The notes under the pieces are model-generated. The model did not search any database. It was not told where the DNA came from and worked only from the letters and a program-made list of their open reading frames with translations. This document shows positions 22,523 through 32,326 of a stretch of 64,000 nt of DNA, in pieces; positions within the stretch are counted from its first letter, which is position 1; each line of letters opens with the position of its first letter. Origin of the DNA: Caecitellus pseudoparvulus (lineage: Eukaryota; Protista; Bigyra: Bicosoecida); assembly GCA_965644315.1 (NCBI GenBank), contig CBFFRQ010000018.1, positions 1,178,001-1,242,000 on the forward strand, written 5' to 3'. The position numbers and the translations under genes were made by a program.

Positions 22523-24052
22523 TCAGGTGACCTTCTTCGAGTAGTTCTTGTACCCGACGCCGAGACAGGAGGCCACGACCGACTGCTCGGCAGCCTCGTC
22601 CACCTTGAGTTTGAACACGACGCCGAAGAACTCCTTCAGCAATCGCAGCGTCTCCACGGTGTAGTGGGACATGTGTGCCGGCAGGCGCAGGCGCGAGACG
22701 TCCTCAGGGCACAGCGCCATGAAGGTCAGCATGAGCGGCGCCACGGTGCTGTCCACACACCCGCCTCCCGCAATCACCTCACACAGCAACTCGCTGGCCA
22801 GCACGCCAATGTCCTCGGGGGTGTTGGGTGCATCGCTGGCGGCTGCAGCGGCGGCGGCTGCCGTGCCGGGTGCGGCGGGCAGGGTGGCTGGCGGCGCGAT
22901 GAGCTGAGTGCTCAGCATGGTGCCGGCAGTGCTCTGGGCATACAGCGTCACGCCATATCCTGGGCTGTTGCCGCTGCTGATGCCCTTGTAAGCATCCGTG
23001 TGGATGTACACATCTGGCAGGAACTTGTTCAGCAGTGCCCTGCGGGTGGGAGGGGCAGGCTTGTGTGAGTTGGGCGCGTCGCACGCTGGCACTGCCTGAC
23101 AAAGACACGTCACAAGGCGCTGTGGTCAGAGAAATCTCATGGAGTAGAACAAACGTTCAGGAGGTCACGTAATTGGAGTATGTTAACATCACTCCACAGC
23201 GGGCGGGCAGGGCGCAGGCAAGGCAGGGGCAGAGGTCAGAAATCTCATGTAGAAGCTCATCGCCACACTAGGAGGCGCTTCACTGGTGTGGTTTGGTATC
23301 ATCACACCTCTGGCACGCAAGCAAGCAGGCACAGCGGGCAGGGGGGCTGCACGCACCTTGCTCCGTCCACCATGCGGTTGGCCATTTGGGGCGAGGTCTT
23401 GGTGCAGAACGCGATGCCCCGCACGCGCTTGATGAAACCAGGCTCGCAGATATCAATGGGCTTCAGCTCCCGCAGCGTGGGGCAGACGAGGGTGACGCTG
23501 CCTCCGCCCAGGGGCAGCGCGCCTCGAGCCTTGATCTTGAGCTCTGCGCCCTCCAGTCCGAAGGGAGCCAAGGACGGCAGGACCACGTCCCGCAGCATGT
23601 CAGCCGAGGGGTCGTGGTTGCAGTCAGTGACTCCAGAAAAAGTGACCACCACAGGCTCCTTCGTGAAAGGCAGCATGGGCAGCACGCCCTCGATGAAGTA
23701 CCCCACGCCACGCTCGGTGCCGCAGTCCACTTCCACAGCCCCTCCGCCCAGCACGCCAGGCGTGAACTTGACCATGGTTCCCGTCTCATTGATGTCCATC
23801 ACTGCACCGTGGCTCAGGTCCGACACAAGGCGCAGGAAGGCCACTTCCGTGTCTGCAGGCAGGCCGCAGGCGTGGGTGAGAACAGCGAGCTTGCGCGGTC
23901 AAGTTCCGCAGCCACGCACCTGTGACGCCGGGGCTCTCATCTTCCTGCCGGATGCTCTCGATTCTCAGGCGTCGGCCAGACAGTGCGGCGAAGACCACTC
24001 GTTGCCGGAAACAGGCTGCCCCTTGGTACACCAGCGTGCTTGCGCCGCTCAT
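22523..24052 (-). CDS. RCL1: RNA 3'-terminal phosphate cyclase-like protein
   Basis: Exons 24052-23920, 23852-23357 and 23039-22523 join in frame: FRQRVVFAALSGR, INETGT, RGVGYFIE, GVTD..DPSAD, RGALPLGGG, KRVRGIAF, ANRMVDGAR|ALLNKFLPDVYI, SPGYG, PEDIG, GVGYKNYSK. Confidence 0.95.
23118..23201 (-). ncRNA. Intronic box C/D snoRNA (RCL1 intron 2), LSU rRNA guide
   Basis: 8-bp terminal stem CGCTGTGG/CCACAGCG, C box GTGATGT, D box CTGA. Guide CATGAGATTTCT is antisense to the conserved LSU segment AGAAAUCUC. Confidence 0.8.
23230..23312 (-). ncRNA. Intronic box C/D snoRNA (RCL1 intron 2), LSU rRNA guide
   Basis: Stem CAGAGG/CCTCTG, C box GTGATGA, D' GTGA, C'-like CGATGA, D box CTGA. Guide TTCTACATGAGATTT is antisense to LSU AAAUCUC..GUAGAA. 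Confidence 0.85.
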
Positions 24053-24464
24053 GTCGAGTGCGGCGGCTTTTCAGCCTTGCGCGCACCTCTCCACACAGCC
24101 GCACGCTCCGGCACGCCAAGTGGGCGACAGCACGTGCACTGTAGGACACGTGCACCGCGCAGTTCGCGGACTTATTACCTGCCCGGGTGATTTGCTGAGG
24201 TGGACGGCGCTGGCTGGCGCCTGCGGAAGTTGCACCCCCCCCGCATCAGACGTCTTTACCCCCCTCCAAGTTCCAGAGGCTTTTCGAATTCAAGCTCACT
24301 TCCAAAACACATACTGAATGTCCCAGTCAGTCCTGTGCAACCGGCTGACGCCTTCCTGCACGGGTGCTGCTTGGCTGCACCTCTTCAGCTGCACCGTTGC
24401 TGTCTTGTGGGATGTCAGTTCACTGCAGGTACGTGCCGTGCTCCGCTGTCTGGGCTCCAGGCTC

Positions 24465-24540
24465 TCCCGTGATGATTTGACTTACGACGGTCTTATGAAT
24501 CAAGACATGTTTACCGTACTTTGTCATACAATCTGAGGCA
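24465..24540 (+). ncRNA. Box C/D snoRNA, snR73/U35-like
   Basis: C box GTGATGA at 24469, D box CTGA at 24533. D' (ATGA) guide CTTACGACGGTCT is antisense to LSU AGACCGUCGUGAG. The D+5 rule gives AGA[C]CG, the yeast Cm2959 site. Confidence 0.85.
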
Positions 24541-24764
24541 TGCAGCGGCCGCATGGCCTCCTGGGCGGAATTTGTGGCGCACGAACAGCGGTGTCAGCAC
24601 AGCCCCTCACGCCTCTTTCTCGTCGCGTCCCCCGCACAGGTGTCCCTGCACTTCACCAAACGCTCACATTGCTTGAAGTAGTAGCCCTTTCCCCCCACAT
24701 GGTGCGTGCCGCTGCCCTGCTTGTCTGTGTGCCGGCCTGACTGGTGTGGCTGGCGTGCCGCGTC

Positions 24765-24834
24765 TGGAGGGTGACGAACGAAACAAGCGTATGTCTGTAT
24801 CTTGATGACACATTTTCAGCCTTGTCTGACTCCA
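24765..24834 (+). ncRNA. Double-guide box C/D snoRNA (SSU Am28-like and Gm1126-like sites)
   Basis: Stem TGGAG/CTCCA, C box GTGACGA, C' TGATGA, D box CTGA. Guide ACAAGCGTATG is antisense to the SSU 5' end CAUACGCUUGU; guide TTTCAGCCTTG is antisense to SSU CAAGGCUGAAA. Confidence 0.85.
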
Positions 24835-24853
24835 CTCTCCCTTGTCGTGTCTG

Positions 24854-24945
24854 CGCGGGCGTGATGCCACACTTTTCATATACGTTAGACAACTGAAGGG
24901 CTGGCGCTTGCGCCGCCCATGAGGAGAAATCCGGTCTGACCCGTG
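24854..24945 (+). ncRNA. Box C/D snoRNA, snR58-like
   Basis: Stem CGCGGG/CCCGTG, C box GTGATGC, D' CTGA, C' ATGAGGA, D box CTGA. Guide CATATACGTTAGAC is antisense to LSU GUCUAACGU.UAUG. D+5 gives GU[C]UAAC, the yeast Cm663 site. Confidence 0.82.
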
Positions 24946-24956
24946 CGCCGTGCGGC

Positions 24957-25041
24957 CCTCTGGGATGACACCACACCGCAAGCCCGTGAGGCACACACCG
25001 TGTGCCGCCACCATGAGCGCTGCTAGATAGTATTTGAGAGG
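24957..25041 (+). ncRNA. Box C/D snoRNA, LSU guide
   Basis: Stem CCTC/GAGG, degenerate C box GGGATGA, D box TTGA, internal hairpin GGCACAC/GTGTGCC. Guide GCTAGATAGTA is antisense to LSU UACUAUCUAGC. Confidence 0.68.
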
Positions 25042-25143
25042 TGCCTCCTGTGTCGAGCACCGCTGGCCGAGCGGCTCCCCTCAGTCCGCTCACCCAGCCG
25101 TCTCCCCTCGTTCGCAGTCACCTCACTCACGCTTGACTCGTGT

Positions 25144-25232
25144 TCGCCCATGACGAAACCTTGTTTTATCTGTCAATCCCCAGAAAAGACGATGTTGACA
25201 AACAAACTATCTCAATCACTTTCAGATGGCGA
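25144..25232 (+). ncRNA. Box C/D snoRNA, SSU guide
   Basis: Stem TCGCC/GGCGA, C box ATGACGA, D' CAGA, D box CAGA. Guide ATCTGTCAATCC is antisense to SSU GGAUUGACAGAU. Confidence 0.75.
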
Positions 25233-25270
25233 GATCTCCCCCCCTGCCTCTGTTGCGTGTACCTGCTCGT

Positions 25271-25362
25271 CACCTGTGATTAAAACTCTGTTGTCTTGCA
25301 CCACCACTCTTAGGTGCGTCACGCACAGTGCTGATACGACAACAATCATGACTTATGAGGTG
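25271..25362 (+). ncRNA. Box C/D snoRNA, snR40/U32-like
   Basis: Stem CACC/GGTG, C box GTGATTA, D box ATGA. Guide TGCACCACCAC before a degenerate D' (CTTA) is antisense to SSU GUGGUGGUGCA, the yeast Gm1271 site. Confidence 0.72.
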
Positions 25363-25385
25363 TTTCCGTGTGTGTGGGTCTTGGC

Positions 25386-25469
25386 GGCCGAGGATTAGAT
25401 CATGTCTTGCACCACTCTGAACCCAGAATGAGGATAAGACTAACCTATACACCTTGGAGAAATGAGGCC
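25386..25469 (+). ncRNA. Box C/D snoRNA, double guide (SSU and LSU)
   Basis: Stem GGCC/GGCC, degenerate C box AGGATTA, D' CTGA, C' ATGAGGA, D box ATGA. Guides TGCACCAC (SSU GUGGUGCA) and CACCTTGGAGA (LSU UCUCCAAGGUG). Confidence 0.68.
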
Positions 25470-25524
25470 TGCCAGCCCCTGACTTGTGTCTGTGTTGCGT
25501 GTGCTTTGTGTGCTTGTTCAGAAT

Positions 25525-26928
25525 TCATTCCTCCGCCCCCCACATGGCCTGCCAGGCGTCTGCTGCAGCCGACGCCGCCTCCTTCACTTTGGAGTCCGCC
25601 GGCCCTGCCGCTTCCCACGCCGCGTCCGCTACCTCGTCCGATACGAAGTCGCTACGCAGTGGCACGGCAGCTCCAGACTCCTGCATCCACGCCAAGACGT
25701 CCGGGAGGGAGCGGGGAGCCCACCCCAGCGCCCGCAAGTCCCGCGCCAGGACTGGCTCCAGGTGCTTGCGCAGGGCTGCCGCCTTGCCGCTGCTCTGGGC
25801 CACCTGCGCCACCGCACGCAAGGTGTACAGGCCCACCTGCAGCACCGTGGAGTCTTGGGCGGTGAGCAGGCCCAGCACGCCGCACAGCGTCTCGCAGGAC
25901 ATGAGGGGCGCCGGCACCTGGGGCAGGCTCTTGAAGGCGTCGGTGAGCAGGACCAGGGAGAGGAGCTTGGCGCCGCCCGCCTCAGTCACAGCGCTGGCGA
26001 CCTCCTCCACGCCACAGGCGAGGAGGTTTGCCAGGGTCAGCGCCACGTACAGTCGGCTGGTGGCGTCGGACATCTGCTTGAAGGCGGCTGTGAGCACCGG
26101 CAGGCAGCGCTGGGACACGTACGGCAGCTGGTGCCGACTGCGCGCAGCCAAGGCAGTGGGGGGGGCGGCGTCAGGAGCGACAGCCGCGGCGGCAGCGGGT
26201 GCCCCTGCCTCTCCCGCACTCGCGGTGCCTGCTGAGTGCAGGATGCCAAAGGCGCCGTCGCCGGTGGTGGGCGGCAGCACGGCGTCTGCACAGGACATGA
26301 AGAGGAGCAGCACAGCGCCCAGCTGCTCCTGCACCATGCCAGCACCCGACGCAGTGCCGCGGGCGCCCAGCGCCGCGATGGCAGCGCCCAGCGCACCGCC
26401 CTCCACAAGGGACACTTTGTTGCCAGTCCAGCTGGACGCTTGGGCGAGCAGGAGCTGCCCACGCATGCGCAGGGCGAGGGAGGAGCGGGGGGGGGCAGGG
26501 GACACCGCGGCAGCTCGAAGGGCGGCTGCCACGACTGGCACAATGCCCAGCTTGACGCTGAGGACGGAGGGGTTCCATGCGTAGTGCAGAGCGGCGGCGG
26601 GTGGTGGGGAGGCTGCCTCTCCCTCCGCCTCGCCGGCGCTGGGCGCAGCCAGGGAGCCGTGCGTGTTCAAACTGCCAGTGAGGATGGCATGCAGCGTGTC
26701 TGTGCCCTTGGCCACTCCCGCTTGAGTGGCAGGGTCCACGGCAGCCAAGTCGTCCACCAGCGCCAGCAGTTGCAAGGCCCAGCTGCGCAGCTGCACCGTC
26801 AAGGCCTTCGTGCCCTCAGCTGAAATGCACACCTTCATGGAGGCAGGGCAGGCAAAGAGGGCCTGGGCTGTGGCGTCGTCGGCATGCTTGGCCTGCAGGC
26901 GCTGGAGGCGCTTCTTGCTCAGGCTCAT
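25525..26928 (-). CDS. Uncharacterised alpha-helical (ARM-like) protein
   Basis: Long Ala/Leu-rich ORF from MSLSKKRLQRLQ with ARM-like segments (NKVSLVEGGALGAAIAAL, AVTEAGGAKLLSLVL). Confidence 0.6.
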   Translation of the reverse strand: MSLSKKRLQRLQAKHADDATAQALFACPASMKVCISAEGTKALTVQLRSWALQLLALVDDLAAVDPATQAGVAKGTDTLHAILTGSLNTHGSLAAPSAGEAEGEAASPPPAAALHYAWNPSVLSVKLGIVPVVAAALRAAAVSPAPPRSSLALRMRGQLLLAQASSWTGNKVSLVEGGALGAAIAALGARGTASGAGMVQEQLGAVLLLFMSCADAVLPPTTGDGAFGILHSAGTASAGEAGAPAAAAAVAPDAAPPTALAARSRHQLPYVSQRCLPVLTAAFKQMSDATSRLYVALTLANLLACGVEEVASAVTEAGGAKLLSLVLLTDAFKSLPQVPAPLMSCETLCGVLGLLTAQDSTVLQVGLYTLRAVAQVAQSSGKAAALRKHLEPVLARDLRALGWAPRSLPDVLAWMQESGAAVPLRSDFVSDEVADAAWEAAGPADSKVKEAASAAADAWQAMWGAEE

Positions 26929-27091
26929 GGTGAAGTGATTTCCGCAGTGCACGGTGCTTCGAAGGCGTGCGCCTGCCGTCGCAGGAGGAGAAAGGGAACC
27001 CCGGAAGATGAACCAAGGTGCAAGTCCACATGCGAACAAAGGTGCAGTTGGAAACATTGTAGCTGGATTGTACGGTGAAGCCAGGGAGTGC

Positions 27092-28099
27092 TCACGGCGC
27101 TGGGTGCGTCGGCGTGTTCACCTTCCACGTCCGCACCACTCCGTCGTCCCCCGCACTCATGAGCAGGCCAGGTTGGGATGGGTGCCACCTGACGGAATTC
27201 ACATCCCCCTGGTGTGCGCTGGCCTGCCTGTGCACGACGGCCCACTGCCCCGTCTTGGCGTCAGGCGCCAGGAGACACACTGCGTCATCAGCCCCAGCCG
27301 TCGCGATGAGGTCCTGCCCTGGCGCCCAGTGCAGGGAGAAGGCTGAGCCCACGTGCACACCAGAGATGCTCTGCTGCAGCTTCCAAGAGCCGCCGTGCAC
27401 GGGCGCTGCCCACAGTAACACCTCGCCCTCCTCCCCCGCCGACGCCAGGCGCGTGCCGTCGGGGCTGAAGGCCAGGCACCACACCGTGGAGGCATGCCCC
27501 TCCAGCACCTGCACCGTGGCCCACTCGTCTTCGTCCCCCTCCCACACCCGGATGGTGGTGTCGTACGACGCAGACAGCAGCTGGTCCTTCATCGGGTGCC
27601 ATGCGACGAACTTGACGTCACCGGTGTGCCCCGGCAGCACCGCGGCACACTCGAAGTCGAACTCTGCGTCGGCATACCACAACCACACAGTCTTGTCTCG
27701 GCTGCAGGTGGCGACGAGGGACCCCTCTGTGTTCCACGCGATGCTCTTCACCTCGTGCTCGTGCCCTTCCAGCGTTGCCAGCGGCTCGAAGCCGCTGGAC
27801 TCCAGCTCCCACACCGCGACGGTGCTGTCGAAGCTGACGGCCGCCAAGTACCGCCCGCAAGTGGACCACTCCACAGACCGCACGGTGCGGGTGGCGAAGC
27901 CGTCCAGCGTCTCCTTCAGCACCAGTCCGCCTGTGGCCACGTCCACCCCCCACACTCGCACGCGTTTGTCTCCACTACACGTGGCCAGCATGCTGCCAGC
28001 AGGATTCCACGCACCATGCCACACACACTCTGTGTGACCGGTAGCTTCACACAGGCTCAGCATGCTGGTGCTGGAGCTGGTGCTACTTTCTGACGCCAT
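27092..28099 (-). CDS. CIAO1: Cytosolic Fe-S assembly WD40 protein CIAO1/Cia1
   Basis: LATCSGDKRVRVW, RTVRSVEWS..GRYLAAVSFDST, LEGHEHEVKS, ATCSRDKTVWLW, FECAAVLPGHTGDVK, HQGDVNSVRWHP. Confidence 0.9.
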   Translation of the reverse strand: MASESSTSSSTSMLSLCEATGHTECVWHGAWNPAGSMLATCSGDKRVRVWGVDVATGGLVLKETLDGFATRTVRSVEWSTCGRYLAAVSFDSTVAVWELESSGFEPLATLEGHEHEVKSIAWNTEGSLVATCSRDKTVWLWYADAEFDFECAAVLPGHTGDVKFVAWHPMKDQLLSASYDTTIRVWEGDEDEWATVQVLEGHASTVWCLAFSPDGTRLASAGEEGEVLLWAAPVHGGSWKLQQSISGVHVGSAFSLHWAPGQDLIATAGADDAVCLLAPDAKTGQWAVVHRQASAHQGDVNSVRWHPSQPGLLMSAGDDGVVRTWKVNTPTHPAP

Positions 28100-28350
28100 C
28101 CTGCGGAAATCGACTGAACCCTGCCGCGCACCCCTCGTGCCTCGCGGCCAGCCCTGACACACAGCTGGGCAGCGGATCAAATGCAGCGACCAAGGCAGCC
28201 TACACGAGAGCACACGGCAGCACTTGCGTGAGAGCCACTGTCGAAGTTTTGTTGTGTCCTGTGGATCGATTTGCCCGAGCGTTTCGTTCGAAACGCCGCC
28301 CCGGCCCACCTGCACCGAACGCCACAGCCACGCACGGAAAGCCCGGCGCC

Positions 28351-29940
28351 ATGGCGGACACAGGGGGCGTGTCCCTGTTTTCGACCTCCGCCAAGCGAAG
28401 CAAGGGTGTCAAACGCCCTCGGCACGACACCCCAGCAGCAGCGAAGGAACACGCGACAAGTGACGAGGAAGAGGCGGCCGCCGTGCCAGACACCTTCAAG
28501 GACATGGGCCTGCACGGGTGGCTGGAGCGCTCCCTGGCCAGCATGGGCATTACCCAGCCCACTCCTGTGCAGCAGCACTGCATCCCGGCAGCGCTGGGCG
28601 GCAGGCACGTCATCGCCTGCGCGCCCACTGGCAGCGGCAAGACAGCAGCCTTCGCCCTGCCCATCATCCACAAACTGGCAGAAGACCCCTTCGGCATCTA
28701 CGCGCTGGTGCTGACGCCCGCCCGGGAGCTGGCGTTCCAGGTGTCGGAGCAGTTCGCGGCGTTCGGCGCGCCGATGGGCCTGCGCGTCACCTGCGTCACG
28801 GGGGGCATGGACATCATCGACCAAAGCAAGGAGCTGGAGGCGCGACCTCACATCGTGGTGGCCACGCCCGGGCGCCTGGCCCACCTCATCCTCAGCAGCC
28901 CCACCCCCCCCGCTCTGGCAGCCGTGCGCTTCCTCGTCCTGGATGAGGCCGACCGCATGCTGGACCCCACCCTGGCAGCGGACCTGGCCGTCATCCTCAA
29001 CGCCCTGCCAGACGGCAAGGCCCGGCAGACCCTCGCCTTCAGCGCCACCATGACCTCCGCCCTGTCCACGGCACAGGGGCTGGCCTTCACAAACCCCTTC
29101 CTCTTCGACGCCACCCCTGAGCCGGGCACAGTGGCCTCCCTGCGCCAGTTCTACTGCTTCATGCCCGCCTCGGTGAAGGACGGGTGGCTGGCGGCACTGC
29201 TGGAACGGCATGGACCCCGCCCCGTCGGGGATGCCGGTGACTCGGAAGAGGAGGAGGATAGCGGGCGGGGGGGCGCGCGCGCCACAGCACGGGCAGGTGC
29301 CGCGGCAGCCGCCCTGGCAGCTGCTTCCTCCTCCTCAGCTGGCGCGGCATCCGAGGGTGCCTCAGACATCCCCCGTGCTGGCAGCGCCATCGTGTTCGTG
29401 CGCACGTGCAAGGGCGCCCAGGCAGTCGCTGAGATGCTGACGGAGCTGGGCCTGCCAGTGGCGGCCCTGCACTCTGTCATGAAGCAGCGGCGGCGCATGG
29501 CCAGCCTGGGCAAGTTCAAGGCTGGCGTGGCGTCAGTGCTGGTGGCCACCGACGTCGCCTCCCGCGGCCTGGACATCCCTTCCGTCGGCCTCGTCGTGAA
29601 CTACGACATGCCGCGCAGTGCGGAGGACTACATCCACCGGGTGGGGCGCACAGCCCGGGCTGGGCGCGGCGGCACGGCCGTCTCCCTCGTCACGCAGTTC
29701 GACATTTCCCTCCTGCAGCACGTGGAGAGCCGCATCGGGCGCAAGCTGGGCGAGCTGCCCACCCTGGCGGAGGACAAGCACGTGCTGCCGCTGCTGAACA
29801 AGGTCGGCACTGCGCGCAAGCTGGGCGAGATGCGCCTGGAGGAACGGGGCTTTGGCGAGCAGTTGGAGCTGGCTGCCAAGCGCAAGAAGCGCTCTCGCAA
29901 GGTCAGTGCGCTGTTCACGGCAGGGTCAGGCGGCAAGTGA
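28351..29940 (+). CDS. DDX49: DEAD-box RNA helicase DDX49/Dbp8
   Basis: PTPVQ, APTGSGKT, LAEDPFGIYALVLTPARELAFQ, DEAD, SAT, SRGLDIP, HRVGRTAR. Confidence 0.88.
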   Translation: MADTGGVSLFSTSAKRSKGVKRPRHDTPAAAKEHATSDEEEAAAVPDTFKDMGLHGWLERSLASMGITQPTPVQQHCIPAALGGRHVIACAPTGSGKTAAFALPIIHKLAEDPFGIYALVLTPARELAFQVSEQFAAFGAPMGLRVTCVTGGMDIIDQSKELEARPHIVVATPGRLAHLILSSPTPPALAAVRFLVLDEADRMLDPTLAADLAVILNALPDGKARQTLAFSATMTSALSTAQGLAFTNPFLFDATPEPGTVASLRQFYCFMPASVKDGWLAALLERHGPRPVGDAGDSEEEEDSGRGGARATARAGAAAAALAAASSSSAGAASEGASDIPRAGSAIVFVRTCKGAQAVAEMLTELGLPVAALHSVMKQRRRMASLGKFKAGVASVLVATDVASRGLDIPSVGLVVNYDMPRSAEDYIHRVGRTARAGRGGTAVSLVTQFDISLLQHVESRIGRKLGELPTLAEDKHVLPLLNKVGTARKLGEMRLEERGFGEQLELAAKRKKRSRKVSALFTAGSGGK

Positions 29941-30097
29941 GGCTGGCCGTGTGCAGTTGCAGGCCGGGCGGCAAAATACACACGCACACACAGAACCTGA
30001 AACCCACGCACGGGTGCATGGCTGAGGAATGGGACGCCTCTGGCCAGTCCCTGCGTTGCTCTGAGCTCAGCAGGCGTGGTGCCTGCGCTGCACCAGC

Positions 30098-32295
30098 ATG
30101 GCCAGCCGGCGCCGAGGGCGGGGTGGCGCGCCTGAGCCAGATGTGGCTGTGGACTGGGTGGACAGCGACGAGGACAGCGTCTCCGACACGCCAGGCGCCG
30201 GTGGCGCGGGTGGTGGCGTGGAGGATGACGGCGCAGAGCAGGAAACAGCCGACCAAGTGCGCCTGCGCCTGGCGCAGCAGTACCTCGGCACGCTGCGCCG
30301 TATGGAGGAGCAGGCAGCAGAAGATGTGGGGGCAGCAGCCGCCAGCGGCGGCACCAACCCTGCAGGGCAGCAGTTTGTCTCCCATGGCGGCTTGCCTGAC
30401 ACGATCGAGTCTCGCATCGCAGCCAGGCTGCAGGAGGACGTGCGGGCTCACACTGGCGGCCTCTTTGCCGATGCAGCAGGCGTCTTGCGCCGCCACGCTG
30501 GCAGCATCTCCACAGAGAACATGCGTGGGCATCATGTGAGTGTGCACAATTGCGCTGGCAGGCGTGCTGTTGGCCCATCCCATGGCGGGGCGCGACAGAC
30601 TGGCCTGCCTTCCAGAGGTGGCGCAGGCGACCGATTTCCGCACAGTGTTCCGCACACCCCCGCCCCTCCGCGACCCCTGCGCAGCTCACGACGACCTGTG
30701 TGGCGCTGAGCCCCGACGACAGCACAGCGTTCACCGGCAGCAAGGACTGCAGTGTGTGGCAGTGGGACGTGGAGACCGGCAAGCGCCGTCAGCTGGGCGG
30801 CAAGCGCGTGACCAAGGCAGACGTCTCCTCGGCAGTGGGCTCCTCAGGCCGCCTGCGCAAGGCCCTGGGCTCCGGCTCCGTGGCCCTGGTGGCCCAGGCG
30901 CAGCACAAGCTGGGACTGGGGGACGGCGGGCACACAGCCCAGGTGCTGGCCACGGCAGTGACGTCTGACGGCCGCAGCCTCATCTCCGGCGGACGGGACA
31001 AGCGCCTGCTGGTGTGGGACACCCGCACAGGGGAGGTGGTCAAGCGCCTGCGGGCGCACGGCGACGCCATCACCGCCCTCTCCTTCCGCAAGGGCACCAA
31101 CACGCTGTTCAGCGCGTCCCTGGACCGCACCGTCAAGGTGTGGAACATGGACAACCTGACGTACATGGACACCCTGTACGGCCACCAGACTGGCGTCCTG
31201 GACGTCGATGGCGGCGTCAAGGAGCGCGCTGTCTCCGCCAGCTCCGACCGCACTGTGCGCCTGTGGAAGGTGCCGGAGGAGTCCCAGCTCATCTTCCGCG
31301 GCAAGACCCTGGACGTCTCCCTGGATGCCGTGCGCATGCTCACGGACAGCTTCTACGTCAGCGGCTCCCAGGCCGGCACGCTGGCCCTGTGGAACGTCAA
31401 CCGCAAGAAACCTGTCGTGAGCGTGCCGTACGCCCACAACGGCACCTTGCTGGCGGGTGTGGAGGGCTGGGAGGCCGCCGGCGCGCCCTCTGTGCAGGGC
31501 GTGCCACGGGATGCGCCCGGCGCAGCTGACCATTCCCTGTGCACGTGGGTGACCTCGCTGGCTGTCCTGCGCAACTCCAACATCGTCGCGTCGGGGTCTG
31601 GCGATGGCTACCTGCGCCTCTGGCGTGTCGGCGTGTCGGATGCCCGCCAGGAGCTGGCCCACGTGGCCTCCCTGCCCCAGCGCGGGTTCCTGAACGGCAT
31701 GGCCTTTGCCTCTTCAGGGCGCTTCCTCGCCGCGGCAGTGGGCCCAGAGCACCGCATGGGGCGGTGGTGGCGGTACAAGGGCGTGCGGCACGGCCTGCGC
31801 CTGCTGCAATTGCCCATTGAAGACGTCCGTTCGCTGCCCGCCCACGGCGCCGGCGACGACGACAGTGCCACCAGTTCGGAGGAGGAGGAGTTGGTGGACG
31901 AGGGGGAGGTGGAGGAGGCCCTGCAGTCTGTGGCGGAGCGCTCCAGCCCCGCCCAGCCCTTGGCGCCTGACCTGCAGGGCATGCTGCAGGGTGTGGGTGG
32001 GAGCGAAGAGGAGGGTGGAGACGGGGAGGAGGAGGAAGAGGAGGAGGATGGTGAAGAAAGCGAGGAGGATGAAGAAGGAGAGGGTGAGGAAGAGGAGGGT
32101 GAAGAGAGTGAAGAGAGTGAGGAGGAGGAAGAAGGCGAGAGTGAAGAGGAGGCGGAAGGGGCTAGCGCTCCGTCGGCACCGCTGGGCGGCTCCAAGCGCA
32201 CGCGCCGCTCCACACGTGCCAGCGCCGTGGTGGCGACACCCTCTCCACCCAAACGCACACGGCGATCTGCCCGGCTGTCTTCTGCCAAGAAGTGA
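30098..32295 (+). CDS. RRP9: U3 snoRNP WD40 protein RRP9/U3-55K
   Basis: ETADQVRLRLAQQYL, one intron at ~30536-30684, YMDTLYGHQ, DRTVRLWKVPEESQLIFRG, GFLNG, AVGPEHRMGRW. Long acidic tail and a repeated KRTRRS motif. Confidence 0.92.
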
Positions 32296-32326
32296 GGTGG
32301 ACTGATGTGTGTACATTGCGAGGGGG

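Noticed and set aside
23100-25480. rRNA-like fragments suggesting rDNA insertions or a CRISPR-like array
   Set aside because: The matches are short antisense elements placed just upstream of D/D' boxes, and there are no identical direct repeats; snoRNA guides explain them better.
31880-32160. GAG/GAA-rich repetitive tract
   Set aside because: Encodes the acidic tail of RRP9; not a satellite or CRISPR array.
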